Shown in pieces: positions 36,286-46,174 of a DNA stretch of 64,000 nucleotides. The position numbers were made by a program, and so were the translations under genes. Within the stretch, counting starts at the first letter, position 1. Each line of letters starts with the position of its first letter. Source of the DNA: Moorena producens. Its GTDB lineage: Bacteria > Cyanobacteriota > Cyanobacteriia > Cyanobacteriales > Coleofasciculaceae. Below the pieces are notes generated by a model. That model had not been told where the DNA came from, did not search any database, and worked only from the letters and a program-made list of their open reading frames with translations. The stretch lies in the NCBI RefSeq assembly GCF_965240435.1, contig NZ_CBDEKO010000003.1, one strand, 5' to 3'.

Positions 36286-37038
36286 TTGAAAAACCAGGGA
36301 AGTCGAAAGGGTATGGGTGATCGGATGAAACGCTTTTATTTATATTCAAGTTTGTTGGTTGCTAGCTTCTTTCTACTATTGCTTGGGGAGGAGGGATTAG
36401 CACTTATTGTCAAAACCAATCGTCGATTGTCAGGTTTTTCTGTAGATAGTCGCAGCTATATTTATCTGGAAAGTGCTAGAAACCATGTCACAAAGGTTCC
36501 TACCGCCAAAATTCAAATTTTCGATGTAGCCACTAACGCTTGTGTCAAGAAGGGTTGTCTAGAAACTAACTATAACTACTCGGATTCCAATCTCACTCCT
36601 AAAGACGCTGAAGATAGCTTACTCAGGAAAACTCAAAGAATAAGACGGAGCTTAGGACTCAATCAACTAAAAGTAGGACTAAAACTGCCAATTATTGAGC
36701 GTTCCATTCAACCCAATGGCACTGAAACAGTTAAGGTCTTGGTGGATAAAGAAAAAGACCCACTAGAGATTCGTTTAGAACAAATTTATATTCCCTCGGT
36801 TTTGTCTGGAGGAATGTCTGATATAGACCGGGCTTCAATGCAGCTAGTCATTAATTACAATTATCGCCAACTCACCCTAGGTAAACTGAACAATTACCGT
36901 GAAGCTATCAGGAAATATTCGATCAGAGAAGTTCGCTTATCCCCCAATAGACAGAACATAGTTGTACTGATCAATCTCCACCAAGCCACCTATAACGCTG
37001 ACTTTCAGACAACCTTCGTTCAGAGTTTTCCGATCTAA
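36286..37038 (+). CDS. Hypothetical secreted/membrane-anchored protein (250 aa)
   Basis: N-terminal hydrophobic segment FYLYSSLLVASFFLLLLG; no other motif. Confidence 0.4.
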   Translation: MKNQGSRKGMGDRMKRFYLYSSLLVASFFLLLLGEEGLALIVKTNRRLSGFSVDSRSYIYLESARNHVTKVPTAKIQIFDVATNACVKKGCLETNYNYSDSNLTPKDAEDSLLRKTQRIRRSLGLNQLKVGLKLPIIERSIQPNGTETVKVLVDKEKDPLEIRLEQIYIPSVLSGGMSDIDRASMQLVINYNYRQLTLGKLNNYREAIRKYSIREVRLSPNRQNIVVLINLHQATYNADFQTTFVQSFPI

Positions 37039-37365
37039 ACTACTTTTGCCAATAGCCATGCATGCCTTTTGCCTTGCTGTGTAAGCATATGCGCTACGCG
37101 CAGGCTACGCCAACAGCTATCAGCTATCAGCTAATGCGCTACGCGCACGCGTGCGCGTTCAGCTTATGGGCTATGCACATGCTTATTGATGAGGAAAGCA
37201 TTTTGAATAAAACAGGTAAGCATTTGTTTAATCTGAGTTAAGTCGGCTGAGGGCTGAGGGCTGACGGCTGACGGCTGAATGCTTGCCTTGCTGTTATGCA
37301 TTTTTAATGGACAACAGCTTATACCAAGTTGCGCTCAAACGTACAACTTTCTCTTCCCCCAATCT

Positions 37366-37420
37366 CACCATCTCCCCATCTCCCCATCTCCTCATCTCCC
37401 CATCTCCCCATCTCCCCACA
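37366..37420. repeat. Heptamer array (CATCTCC/CCCATCT)n
   Basis: Direct read. Confidence 0.9.
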
Positions 37421-37457
37421 CTCTCCATTAATTATAGGTATTCAACCGAACATGATA

Positions 37458-39302
37458 TTAGTGGTGAAGCGTACCATCAGGCATAATTGCCCCACTGATA
37501 AACGTATTGCTCAAATCAACATCACTCAGGTCTACGTCAGTGAGTTTAGTATCCTTAAGTTGTGCCCCATGGAGATTAGCACCACTTAGGGTAGCCTTGC
37601 TTAAGTCAGCACCAGTTAAATTTGCCCCTAACAGGTCAGCACCTGTCAAATTAGCCCCTGCCAAGTTTGCCTGACTTAGGTTTGCCCCCCAAAGGTCAGC
37701 TTGACTGAGATTAGCCCCACTGAGGTTAGCGTGACTAAGGTCAACTCCTCCTAAGTTGGCTCCACTCAAATCTTTCCCTGACAGGGAAGCAACAGGCACA
37801 ATGCAATATGCTCCCAACTTACTAGGGTCAAACCCTTCCGGAAATTGAGTAGTTTGGTTATAGAGCGATCGCTCAAATTTAGCATCTTCGAGATTAGCAC
37901 AGCGCAGATCTGCACCAAGCAAATTTACCTTACTAAAGTTAGCTCCCCCCAGATCAGTGCCATTTAACTCTTGATCTGAAAATGATGCACCGGGGGCAAT
38001 TAAGTAAGCTCCGTGTTGGCTGGGGTCAAACCCTTCTGGAAATCGAGTAGCTTGGTCGTAGAGCGCTCCGAGCAAATTGACTCCCTCCAGGTTAACCGAG
38101 TAAAGATCTGCCCCAAAAAGGCTAACTTTACCCAAATCTGCCCTACTCAAGTCAGCTCCTCTGAGGTCAGCCCCCTGAAGATTTAGCCCACACAGAGACA
38201 CATCCGCAGCAATAAGATATGCCCCATAGGCTGTGGGGTCAAAATCTTCAGGAAATTGAGTCTTTTCGTTATAAATTGCTCCTTTGAGGTTAACCGCTTC
38301 GAGATTAGTAGCGGACAGATCTACTCCAAACAAGTGAATGCTCCTTAAATCTGCTCCTCTGAAATCCGCGCCACTAACTAAGCTCAACCATAAGTCCGCT
38401 CCCCGCAAATCCGCTTCCTGTAGATCGGCTTCTCGTAGATCCGCTTCCCAGAATTGAACTCCTCTTAAATTGGCTTTCCTTAAATTAGCTCTAAGCAAAG
38501 ATATACCAAAAAAGTGACCCTGACTCAGGTCAACTTGGGATAAGTCTGCTTCACTTAAGTCCACACCACTGAGATTTGACTGACTCAGGTTAGCCATTGG
38601 TAGAGATACACCAGGAGCAATTAAATGTCCTCCTGCCTTCACTGGGTCAAAATCTTCAGGAAACTGAGTGGTTTCGTCGTAGAGTATACCGCTCAGGGTT
38701 GCATTTAGAAGCTTAGCACCCTTGAGGTTTGCCCCCATCAGATTGGAGCCGCTTAAATTAGCTCCTCTTAGGTCAACATCCTGCAACTCAGCCCCAATTA
38801 AGCAAGCACGGGTTAGATTAGCTTCTTTGAGATCAGCACCTTTGAGGTTAGTTTTCCAGAGGTCAGCTCTGGTCAAATTCGCACCCCTTAAATTGGTATC
38901 ACTGAGATCTACCCCACTCAATTTAGCTTCCGTTAGTAAAGCCTCGGGGGCAATTAAATAAGCTCCTGCCTTGGTAGGGTCGAAATTTGGGGGAAACTGA
39001 GTGGAAAAATTGTATAGTGTAGTATGGAGGTTAGTTAAGTCTAGAATAGCTTCGCTCAAGTCTGCCTGACCCAGATTAGCACCACATAGAACAGCTTGAG
39101 TTAAGTTAGCTTCCCTCAAATTAGCTCCCCAGAGATCAGCACTACTGAGGTTAGTGCCAGTAAGAATTGCTTGACTGAGGTCGGCTCGCCATAAAATTAC
39201 CCGTTCCAGGTTTACCTGGCTGAGGTTGACTTGACTTAAGTCAGCTCCACTAAAATCTCTTTCCCCAAGGGAATATTGTGACTGAATTTCATCAGTATTC
39301 AT
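37458..39302 (-). CDS. Pentapeptide-repeat protein (614 aa)
   Basis: Continuous A(D/N)LxG-type pentapeptides (ADLSQANLSGANLS...) across the whole ORF, with periodic FPE.FDP..AGAYLIAP linker motifs. Confidence 0.9.
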   Translation of the reverse strand: MNTDEIQSQYSLGERDFSGADLSQVNLSQVNLERVILWRADLSQAILTGTNLSSADLWGANLREANLTQAVLCGANLGQADLSEAILDLTNLHTTLYNFSTQFPPNFDPTKAGAYLIAPEALLTEAKLSGVDLSDTNLRGANLTRADLWKTNLKGADLKEANLTRACLIGAELQDVDLRGANLSGSNLMGANLKGAKLLNATLSGILYDETTQFPEDFDPVKAGGHLIAPGVSLPMANLSQSNLSGVDLSEADLSQVDLSQGHFFGISLLRANLRKANLRGVQFWEADLREADLQEADLRGADLWLSLVSGADFRGADLRSIHLFGVDLSATNLEAVNLKGAIYNEKTQFPEDFDPTAYGAYLIAADVSLCGLNLQGADLRGADLSRADLGKVSLFGADLYSVNLEGVNLLGALYDQATRFPEGFDPSQHGAYLIAPGASFSDQELNGTDLGGANFSKVNLLGADLRCANLEDAKFERSLYNQTTQFPEGFDPSKLGAYCIVPVASLSGKDLSGANLGGVDLSHANLSGANLSQADLWGANLSQANLAGANLTGADLLGANLTGADLSKATLSGANLHGAQLKDTKLTDVDLSDVDLSNTFISGAIMPDGTLHH

Positions 39303-39339
39303 GTATCGTTCGTTAGTTTTAATTTAAAAATCATCAAAA

Positions 39340-40242
39340 TTAATTATTAGATAATACCTCCGGTTCCCAATTCCAAATTACATACCCTTTATCGATATGA
39401 GTAATTACTATTTTATCGAGCTGATCAGCTACCTTAGACAAAATAGCGATAAGTTGTTCTTGAGTTTTTTCTAATCGTAAAAAACTGTAGTATTGACCAT
39501 CAACATTAATGGCTAATAAGCGTCTGCTTAAATGAGGTACGTTAATCCAGCAGATTTGGTAATCCTGACGGGATTTAATAATATGACTGGAGGATAATTC
39601 CAAATCCTGAAGGAGAGCAAGAGCAGGAACAGGGGAAGACCTCAGTTGAACTGAATTATTGTTTTGGGATTCAGGGTAAAACTTAAGTTGGTTGACATTT
39701 ACAGCCATCCCTGTAGTTTGAGCTACTCTATTGCGTTTAAACTCAATAACATTATTGCTATCAACAACACCATGGGGTTGTTGAACAGCAAACGATTGAG
39801 TGTTAGGAGGAGTTAGTCCTCGATACCGAAGCAAATCATCCCTCTGGGTAAGAGCTATTGCTGAAACATCCGGTTGGTATTCTGGAACATCTGGTTGCTC
39901 CTCTGGTTCGGATTCGGCTTGGTTGAGGGATTCGATCTCCTGGAGGCGTTGTCTGTTTTTTTCTCTGACTGATGCTTGGTATTTTTGCCATTGCCTTCCC
40001 ACTTCAACAGTGCCAAGACCAGCTAACACACTCGCTAGGATGGCAACGCCAAGATAAGGAATTGCTAAATCCTTATGGTCTTCATGGAAGATGGGTTTAA
40101 GTTCGACGTTTAAAAACGGTTTAACTTCAACAACGATTGGTTTTGATTTGTTGAAAACAAACGGTAAGGTCAAACTGGAAAATATAGTGCTGGAGATAAC
40201 TACAGCTGGTAGTAAGATATTAATTAAGGGGTAATTGGTCAT
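39340..40242 (-). CDS. Hypothetical membrane protein (300 aa), co-oriented with the pentapeptide-repeat gene
   Basis: N-terminal TM LINILLPAVVISSTIFSSLTLPFV and a second TM LGVAILASVLAGLG; 37-bp spacing to the downstream gene. Confidence 0.5.
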   Translation of the reverse strand: MTNYPLINILLPAVVISSTIFSSLTLPFVFNKSKPIVVEVKPFLNVELKPIFHEDHKDLAIPYLGVAILASVLAGLGTVEVGRQWQKYQASVREKNRQRLQEIESLNQAESEPEEQPDVPEYQPDVSAIALTQRDDLLRYRGLTPPNTQSFAVQQPHGVVDSNNVIEFKRNRVAQTTGMAVNVNQLKFYPESQNNNSVQLRSSPVPALALLQDLELSSSHIIKSRQDYQICWINVPHLSRRLLAINVDGQYYSFLRLEKTQEQLIAILSKVADQLDKIVITHIDKGYVIWNWEPEVLSNN

Positions 40243-40922
40243 CGGTCATCTTCAACCGCTGCAAGCAAGAAATTGGGTAAAGCGATGCAGTATAGCTATT
40301 GGGGTAAACCCCCATGAGCAACTGCATCAAGAGATGAAGCTTGAATCTCCAACAAATGGAGCTTGACTCAAGCTTTACGATGGCGATCGGTTAAATTCCG
40401 GTAGTCTTGCTGCTTACTGAAGAGGGCGGCTTTGTTGCTAGCAAATCGCCTCAAAGCAGGTGATTTAATCAGGATATAATAATAAATCTTATATTATATC
40501 ATTTAATACCAATTCAATTATGTGGGGTCAGACCCACCATTAATTTTAGCAGCGGTCTCGTATAAATTGTCAATTTAATTGACAATTTAATATTTCTTAA
40601 TATATCTTCCAGAGCAAGAGTCGTCAGCTTACTCCCTACGCACATGCTGCCCTTGCCAGCACTGACCAGGACATTGCTAACTATCGTTTGGGATACCAAG
40701 TAGAGTTGGGTCAGTTACAAATTACCCATGACCCATTACCAATTACCGATTACCTTTAGAGCTGATTCGTAAACTCGCTGTAATCCTTGTAGGATAAGGC
40801 TTGCACTCAAATAGAACAATTGAACTATTTAATACCTAGAAGACAATCATAGCAAGGCTTTCAGACTTCTTAAGATTTACTTTACAAATCAGCTCTTAAT
40901 CATTCCACAATCGGGGAACGCT

Positions 40923-42014
40923 TTATTTTGCTCTAATTCTTTGCAAAACAGTAATGCCTAACAGCAAAATGATACCCCCTGTCGTGGCATAAATCACCCT
41001 AGGAGTCATACCTTGCAGTTTCATGGCTAGCCAGTTAGACACTAAGGTAATGCCCCAAAGGATAAGGGCAACATAGCGCTGAGAGAAACCAAAGGCTAGC
41101 AAGCGGTGATGTAAGTGGTCTTTACCTGGGGTAGTTAGAGGGTTTTTACCATTGATCAACCGTCGCACAAATACCTGAGTAGTATCTAGGACTGGCAATA
41201 GCAAAAATACTACTGGGGGGACTAGGGCAAATACCGTAGTCACTTTCAAAGACCCTAAAATGCTGCTGGCAGCTAGTACATAGCCGAAAAAGTACGCACC
41301 TGCATCTCCCATAATAATGTGGGAAGGATGGAAGTTATGGCGCAAAAATCCCAGAGCTGACCCCCCTAGGGCTGCCAGAAGCAACGTTGCTGCGGCACGA
41401 CTGGGAAACTGAGCTGAAACCGCTAACAGGCTCATAGCAGTAATAAAGCTGACCCCTGCCGCTAAACCATCCATCCCATCCATAAGGTTAATGGCATTAG
41501 TAATACCCACAACCCATAGAACCGTAAGTAACATGGAGAGTTGGACATCAATCGGAGTACCGAAGGTAGCTTTAATCCCGGCACCACTAGCCACTAACAG
41601 CAGGGCAGCAATAATTTGAACCGACAAGCGTACATAGGCAGGCAAACCAAATTGATCATCAATAAACCCTACCAGTACCAGAACCGAGCCCCCTAGGAGA
41701 ATAGTCAGCACTTGAGCTAATACCCCTTCGATGACAATCGGTCTAAGGAGGGTAGCTAGTACCAGGGCAGCTACCACTCCGGTATAGATAGCTAAGCCTC
41801 CTGCATTGGGTAAGGGTTCTTGGTTAAGCCGCCGGGCATTGGGTTGGTCAGCCCAACCAACCTCTAGAGCAAACGAGCGTAAAGTTGGCATCAAGCATCT
41901 AGTCACTGCCCATGCCAATCCGAAAGTTAATATGACTGCCAGCCAGCCACTTCCCCTAGGGTTGGCAATTCCGAGGGACTGTAGGAAGCCGTACACATCT
42001 ATCTCCCAAGTCAC
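40923..42014 (-). CDS. Glycosyltransferase family 4 polyprenyl-phosphate N-acetylhexosamine-1-phosphate transferase (MraY/WecA family)
   Basis: NAINLMDGMDGLAAG motif, multiple TM helices, VFVRRLINGKNPLTTPGKDHLHHRLL cytoplasmic loop. Confidence 0.85.
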   Translation of the reverse strand: MTWEIDVYGFLQSLGIANPRGSGWLAVILTFGLAWAVTRCLMPTLRSFALEVGWADQPNARRLNQEPLPNAGGLAIYTGVVAALVLATLLRPIVIEGVLAQVLTILLGGSVLVLVGFIDDQFGLPAYVRLSVQIIAALLLVASGAGIKATFGTPIDVQLSMLLTVLWVVGITNAINLMDGMDGLAAGVSFITAMSLLAVSAQFPSRAAATLLLAALGGSALGFLRHNFHPSHIIMGDAGAYFFGYVLAASSILGSLKVTTVFALVPPVVFLLLPVLDTTQVFVRRLINGKNPLTTPGKDHLHHRLLAFGFSQRYVALILWGITLVSNWLAMKLQGMTPRVIYATTGGIILLLGITVLQRIRAK

Positions 42015-42122
42015 GTCCAGACTGCAAAATTGTAATCGCTATGGATAATATTAAGCTCATCTTGTAAATAAGGTACATGGGTAGAAGCACATCAGCAGGA
42101 AAAAGCGATTACCACTTAGGGA

Positions 42123-42359
42123 TTAGGGGTTTGGATTTTCCCCCTGAACTAACTCAATGTACTGACTATCGATCAGAAATGCTCCTCTAGAAAAGCGAAC
42201 ACCCCAATATCCTCCTGGACGTCGGTCGAGGATTACTCCCTCTTCCCCAACTTTAATCACATCAGGAGGTCGTAACATGGGCATTGGTTCAGCAGTTTTG
42301 ACGTAGCGTGGTAATGTAATTACTCTTACGCGATCGCCAACGTTAAAGTCTTGAGACAT
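42123..42359 (-). CDS. Small hypothetical protein (78 aa)
   Basis: ORF with balanced composition (MSQDFNVGDRVRVITLPRYVKTAEP...); no motif assigned. Confidence 0.4.
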   Translation of the reverse strand: MSQDFNVGDRVRVITLPRYVKTAEPMPMLRPPDVIKVGEEGVILDRRPGGYWGVRFSRGAFLIDSQYIELVQGENPNP

Positions 42360-42373
42360 TGGTCAGTCAAAAA

Positions 42374-42495
42374 AGGTTATGGGGTTTAAGGTTGAAGGTT
42401 ATGGGGTTTAAGGTTGAAGGTTATGGGGTTTAAGGTTGAAGGTTATGGGGTTTAAGGTTGAAGGTTATGGGGTTGAAGGTTGAAGGTTATGGGGT
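42374..42495. repeat. 22-bp tandem repeat (GGTTATGGGGTTTAAGGTTGAA) x5
   Basis: Direct read; inverted relative to the 42593-42779 array. Confidence 0.9.
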
Positions 42496-42592
42496 TGTTC
42501 GCCTTTGGCGTTCAGTGTAGGGTAGGTTCTTGGGTTGAATGTTGTTCTTGCCCAGGCGTGCCTTGTAGTATAGGTTGGATGTTTTCTGGATT

Positions 42593-42779
42593 AACCTTCA
42601 ACCTTCAACCTACCAACCTTCAACCTTCAACCTTCAACCTACCAACCTTCAACCTTCAACCTTCAACCTACCAACCTTCAACCTTCAACCTTCAACCTAC
42701 CAACCTTCAACCTTCAACCTACCAACCTTCAACCTTCAACCTTCAACCTACCAACCTTCAACCTACCAACCTTCAACCT
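42593..42779. repeat. Heptamer array (AACCTTC/AACCTAC)n, ~27 units, reverse complement of the TTGAAGG-containing repeat at 42374-42495
   Basis: Direct read; its 3' end overlaps the C-terminal coding region of cbiX on the other strand. Confidence 0.9.
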
Positions 42780-42786
42780 GTTAACC

Positions 42787-43845
42787 CTAGGGTGCTTGCC
42801 AAATACGCTGGTGGTATTTTTCCAAATCTTGATAGGGATCTGGGGTATTGTGATTATGCTGGTGAGAGTGGTGGTGGTGATGGTCATGCCCGTGGTGATG
42901 GTGGTGGGAGTGTCCGTTGTCAGCACCATTATCAATCGCTGCTAGCCGGAACTTACACATCTCACAATTCATCTGCACTTGCCCCAACTGAGCCTCGATT
43001 TCTCGGTCCCTGAGCACAGATAGCAGCTGAGGCTGAATTCCCATTTCTGGTAAACAGGTCAAGGGAATTTCTGGATAAAGTTTCTGCTGCTGAGCTGTGA
43101 TATCAAAAATCTTTTTTACTAAAGCCCCGGTAAATAGGAAGTAAGGAAGTACTATAATATGCTTAGGTTGGTATAGTCGGGCGCGACGGAAGCCTTCTTC
43201 TAATCGAGGATGGGTAATGCCAATAAAGCAGGTTTCCACAGTTTTATAGCCACTGCCTTCCCAGAGCATGCGAGCCATTTTGTAGACATCACCATTAGCA
43301 TCAGGGTCACTAGACCCACGACCAACAAATAGAAGTACTGTGTCTTTTCTTAAGGCTAGAGGTTGTTTTGTTGAAGGTTCTAGATTAGACGCTTCACCCT
43401 TCAACTGGCTAACGGCTAACTCTGGTTGGGGTTGGTCAAGTTTGGCAAGCCGTTGCCGCCATAAATCCAGAATTCCAGTGGTAATTCCAAAATGACGCCC
43501 GTAGTGAAACTTGACTTGGGGATATTTTGCCCTGGCCCGGTCTAACTCGTTAGTAACATCAAATTTATTGTGGCGAGCTGCAAACAGTAAAATCGGTAAT
43601 ACAGTCAGTTCCGTATAACCCTGCTGAACACAACTCTCTACTCCCTCTTGAATAGTTGGACCTGTTAGTTCTAAAAAACAAGGTACTACTGGTCGAGAAT
43701 GGTTCAAGGTTTGATAGGTCTGGGCAAAATCAAGGAAAGTCTGACGCCCATCGGGGTCTCTAGTGCCGTGACCAACCATTAATAAAGGGCGTTTTAGCGG
43801 TAGGGGAGATAGGGACAATGGCTCAGCGGTGACATCGATCTTCAT
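42787..43845 (-). CDS. cbiX: Sirohydrochlorin chelatase CbiX (long form, two CbiX domains, His-rich C-terminal tail)
   Basis: Duplicated chelatase-domain layout (MVGHGTRDP..., [13 protein letters not shown]...) and C-terminal [22 protein letters not shown] typical of long CbiX. Confidence 0.8.
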   Translation of the reverse strand: MKIDVTAEPLSLSPLPLKRPLLMVGHGTRDPDGRQTFLDFAQTYQTLNHSRPVVPCFLELTGPTIQEGVESCVQQGYTELTVLPILLFAARHNKFDVTNELDRARAKYPQVKFHYGRHFGITTGILDLWRQRLAKLDQPQPELAVSQLKGEASNLEPSTKQPLALRKDTVLLFVGRGSSDPDANGDVYKMARMLWEGSGYKTVETCFIGITHPRLEEGFRRARLYQPKHIIVLPYFLFTGALVKKIFDITAQQQKLYPEIPLTCLPEMGIQPQLLSVLRDREIEAQLGQVQMNCEMCKFRLAAIDNGADNGHSHHHHHGHDHHHHHSHQHNHNTPDPYQDLEKYHQRIWQAP

Positions 43846-44098
43846 ACTTCATCCTTGATTATTCATAGGTCATACTTCTAGGTCATACTTACATACTTAT
43901 TACATACTTAATTTGATAAAGGGCATTTTAGTGCTAGGCAGAGTAAGGACAATAACTCAGGGGTAGCATCGATCTTGCTCCTGAATACTTCATCCTTTAT
44001 TATTAATACCTCATTTCTGTAATGGCTTAATCTATTGATTACCGACCCTTTACCTTATTGCTTTAAGGTAGGGAAAGTATCCACGCCTTGTTGCCCCT

Positions 44099-44587
44099 AT
44101 GCACCAATTTTCGAGAGCAATTCTAGAGAGAAAGCAGCAAGATCCAAAGGTTAAACGCCGATTGCATTTCTACGCTAGGGGTGAGCAGATCCCTCTAGTA
44201 GCACAGGGTGTTTGGGAGGTAGACGAGGGCCGAGTCCAGCTGAGTACCCTTTCCCCAGAAGGGGAGGAGATATGGTTGGGTTGGGCAGAGTCTTCTGCAT
44301 TCTTTGGTAATTGGTTTTCTGTCCTGTCAACTTATCAGGCAATCCCCCTAACTGATGTCCGTCTCAAATGGTATTCTTTAGGGGAAATCAATAATTCTCC
44401 CTATATAGCTCAAACTATCTTACCCCAACTAGTGCCTCGGATGCGACAGACAGAGATCCTGTTAGCAATCTCGGGTCAGCGCCGGATTGAGGTACGCTTA
44501 CCGAAAAAATTGGGTAATCGCGCCCCTAGAGACGAAACCTTAGAGAGTGGAGCCTTTAAGGTGGGTCGGTCTCGCGCAACAAGGTGA
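44099..44587 (+). CDS. Crp/Fnr-like cNMP-binding domain protein, apparently C-terminally truncated (HTH missing) by a repeat insertion; possible pseudogene
   Basis: cNMP-binding beta-roll-like segment FYARGEQIPLVAQGVWEVDEGRVQL...EGEEIWLGWAESSAFFGN. The ORF ends inside a copy of the TAAGGCTCCACTCT.TTACGGTAAC repeat; no LuxR/Crp HTH. Confidence 0.45.
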   Translation: MHQFSRAILERKQQDPKVKRRLHFYARGEQIPLVAQGVWEVDEGRVQLSTLSPEGEEIWLGWAESSAFFGNWFSVLSTYQAIPLTDVRLKWYSLGEINNSPYIAQTILPQLVPRMRQTEILLAISGQRRIEVRLPKKLGNRAPRDETLESGAFKVGRSRATR

Positions 44588-44589
44588 AA

Positions 44590-45266
44590 ACTTGATAATT
44601 AAGGCTCCACTCTCTTACGGTAACTTTAAATCCTTATAGGACGGCTTTATTTTTCAGCTAAAACTTGACAGTTTTCACAGAGCGTGTTATAATATTATTA
44701 TAAATAAAAAACTAAAAAGCTGCTAGATAAATACTATCTAAAAATAAGTAGGCAACGTAAAAAATATGTATCAGATGCATATTGCGTAATTTGGTCTAAC
44801 GACTTAAACGTCTATGAAAAAAATTAGATTAAAAAAGTATCTATCTATATAAAAAAAAAGCGATGCAGAGGTGCGACCCGTGGCGAATTTAATTCTTAAT
44901 AGGTCAAGCGCACCTAAGCCTTCATGGGGGGGTTTCCCCCAATCGCGCTTTGCATGGCTGACAAGGTACGGTGGGGTTAGAAGTTACCGTAAGAAGAGTG
45001 GAGCCTTTATAGTTAGTCCGCTATGAGTAAAAAGTTTTAACCTTTCTTGATGCAATAGCGAGTGGGGGAAACCCCCAAGACCGCGCTGCATCGCTTTTGA
45101 TTAAGGCTCCACTCTTCTAAGGTTTCGTTTCCGGCACACCGAAACCTGGGTCATAGACCAAATACGCTTGGGGAGAGGAGACCTCTATTTTTCCTGGCTC
45201 CGGCCTGGTTGAACAAGTCATCTCGTTGAATCAAGAATCCCCGTCCTTCCAGGGCGGGGAGTGTCA
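44590..45266. repeat. Composite repeat cluster: three alternating copies of GGCTCCACTCT.TTACGGTAAC, a GGGGGAAACCCCC/CTGCATCG motif pair, and a second copy of the 9781-10090 composite repeat (44722-45266) with a ~280-bp internal insertion
   Basis: 44608 aaggctccactctcttacggtaac; 44985 agttaccgtaagaagagtggagcc; 45100 ttaaggctccactcttctaagg; 44745-44850 matches 9795-9905; 45150-45262 matches 9955-10088. Confidence 0.7.
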
Positions 45267-45460
45267 AAAATGTAGCGGATTGGTGATAGGATTCCCAAAT
45301 TAACAGATATCTTGGGCTGAAACCAGAAAAGCGCGGCATAAAGTAAGTTAGCTATTCTGCTGATGTGGCGTTGCAGCCCCGATTAAATCCCCAAACCCAA
45401 CATCTAATGGGAATGGTAAGTGTGCGCTAGTTCAGCCCATCTATCTGGAATGCTGATCAC

Positions 45461-46096
45461 TTGTGTTCTTCAGGAGTAAGAGGCCTGTCTCTCGAAGCGA
45501 TTTCAATTCCACCAGCAAACGGTCAGCGACCAGCACGATTGGTCGTAGCGTTGCACGGTTGGGGTGCTAATGCTCAAGCTGTGGCATCTCTAGTGCCATC
45601 GTTAAACTTGCCCAACACCCAATTTTTAATTCCCGATGCTCCTTTTAGTCACCCTCAGGTAACTGGTGGCAGAATGTGGTACGACTTGGCAAGAGACGAC
45701 TATCGGGGATTAGAAGAAAGCGAAGAGCGCTTGAGCTACTGGCTCAATTCTCTCCAAGGTTTTACAGGTATTCCTTTGTCCTCCACAATTTTGTGTGGCT
45801 TTTCTCAAGGTGGGGCAATGGCTCTAGATGTAGGGTTAACCTTACCCCTGGCAGGTTTAGCCTCCTTGAGTGGCTATATGCATCGAACCCCTCAAAAGGT
45901 TGATTCATCCTTGCCGTCTATTCTAATTGTTCATGGTAGACAAGATACGGTTGTTCCTTTAAGTGCTGCTCACCGGTTACGAGATTATTTGCTCAACTCG
46001 GGAGCAGCAGTGCAGTACAGAGAATTAGATATGGGTCATGAGATTTCATTAGAGCTTTTAGAATTGCTCCGGGAATTTATTTTATTCAATAGATAG
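45461..46096 (+). CDS. Alpha/beta hydrolase, phospholipase/carboxylesterase family
   Basis: LVVALHGWGANAQ, nucleophile elbow GFSQGGAMAL, HGRQDTVVP; ~210 aa. Confidence 0.75.
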   Translation: MCSSGVRGLSLEAISIPPANGQRPARLVVALHGWGANAQAVASLVPSLNLPNTQFLIPDAPFSHPQVTGGRMWYDLARDDYRGLEESEERLSYWLNSLQGFTGIPLSSTILCGFSQGGAMALDVGLTLPLAGLASLSGYMHRTPQKVDSSLPSILIVHGRQDTVVPLSAAHRLRDYLLNSGAAVQYRELDMGHEISLELLELLREFILFNR

Positions 46097-46174
46097 TCAA
46101 AAGAGATGGTCAATATCCTAACTTCTCTGGAATCCCTTTAAAATAGAAAGAAAATTATTCCCTCCTTGGTCTGA

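Noticed and set aside
7832-42779. Numerous regularly spaced short repeats that could superficially suggest CRISPR arrays
   Set aside because: Units are 7-8 bp (or 22 bp) with no unique spacers between them, and no cas genes are present; these are STRR-like heptamer arrays, not CRISPR.
42480-43013. 177-aa ORF translating the (AACCTTC)n heptamer array (QPTNLQPSTFNL...), plus ORFs 42575-42784 and 42729-42935
   Set aside because: Pure translation of a tandem repeat; overlaps the well-supported cbiX gene on the opposite strand.
43800-43845. His-rich tract in CbiX ([22 protein letters not shown]), considered as an engineered His-tag or contamination
   Set aside because: Long-form CbiX proteins naturally carry a His-rich C-terminal metal-storage tail, and the flanking sequence is native genomic context.
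45151-45339. 62-aa minus-strand ORF sharing the peptide PALEGRG with ORF 9972
   Set aside because: The shared peptide arises from the flipped hairpin of the dispersed repeat being read on opposite strands; it is repeat sequence, not a conserved protein.
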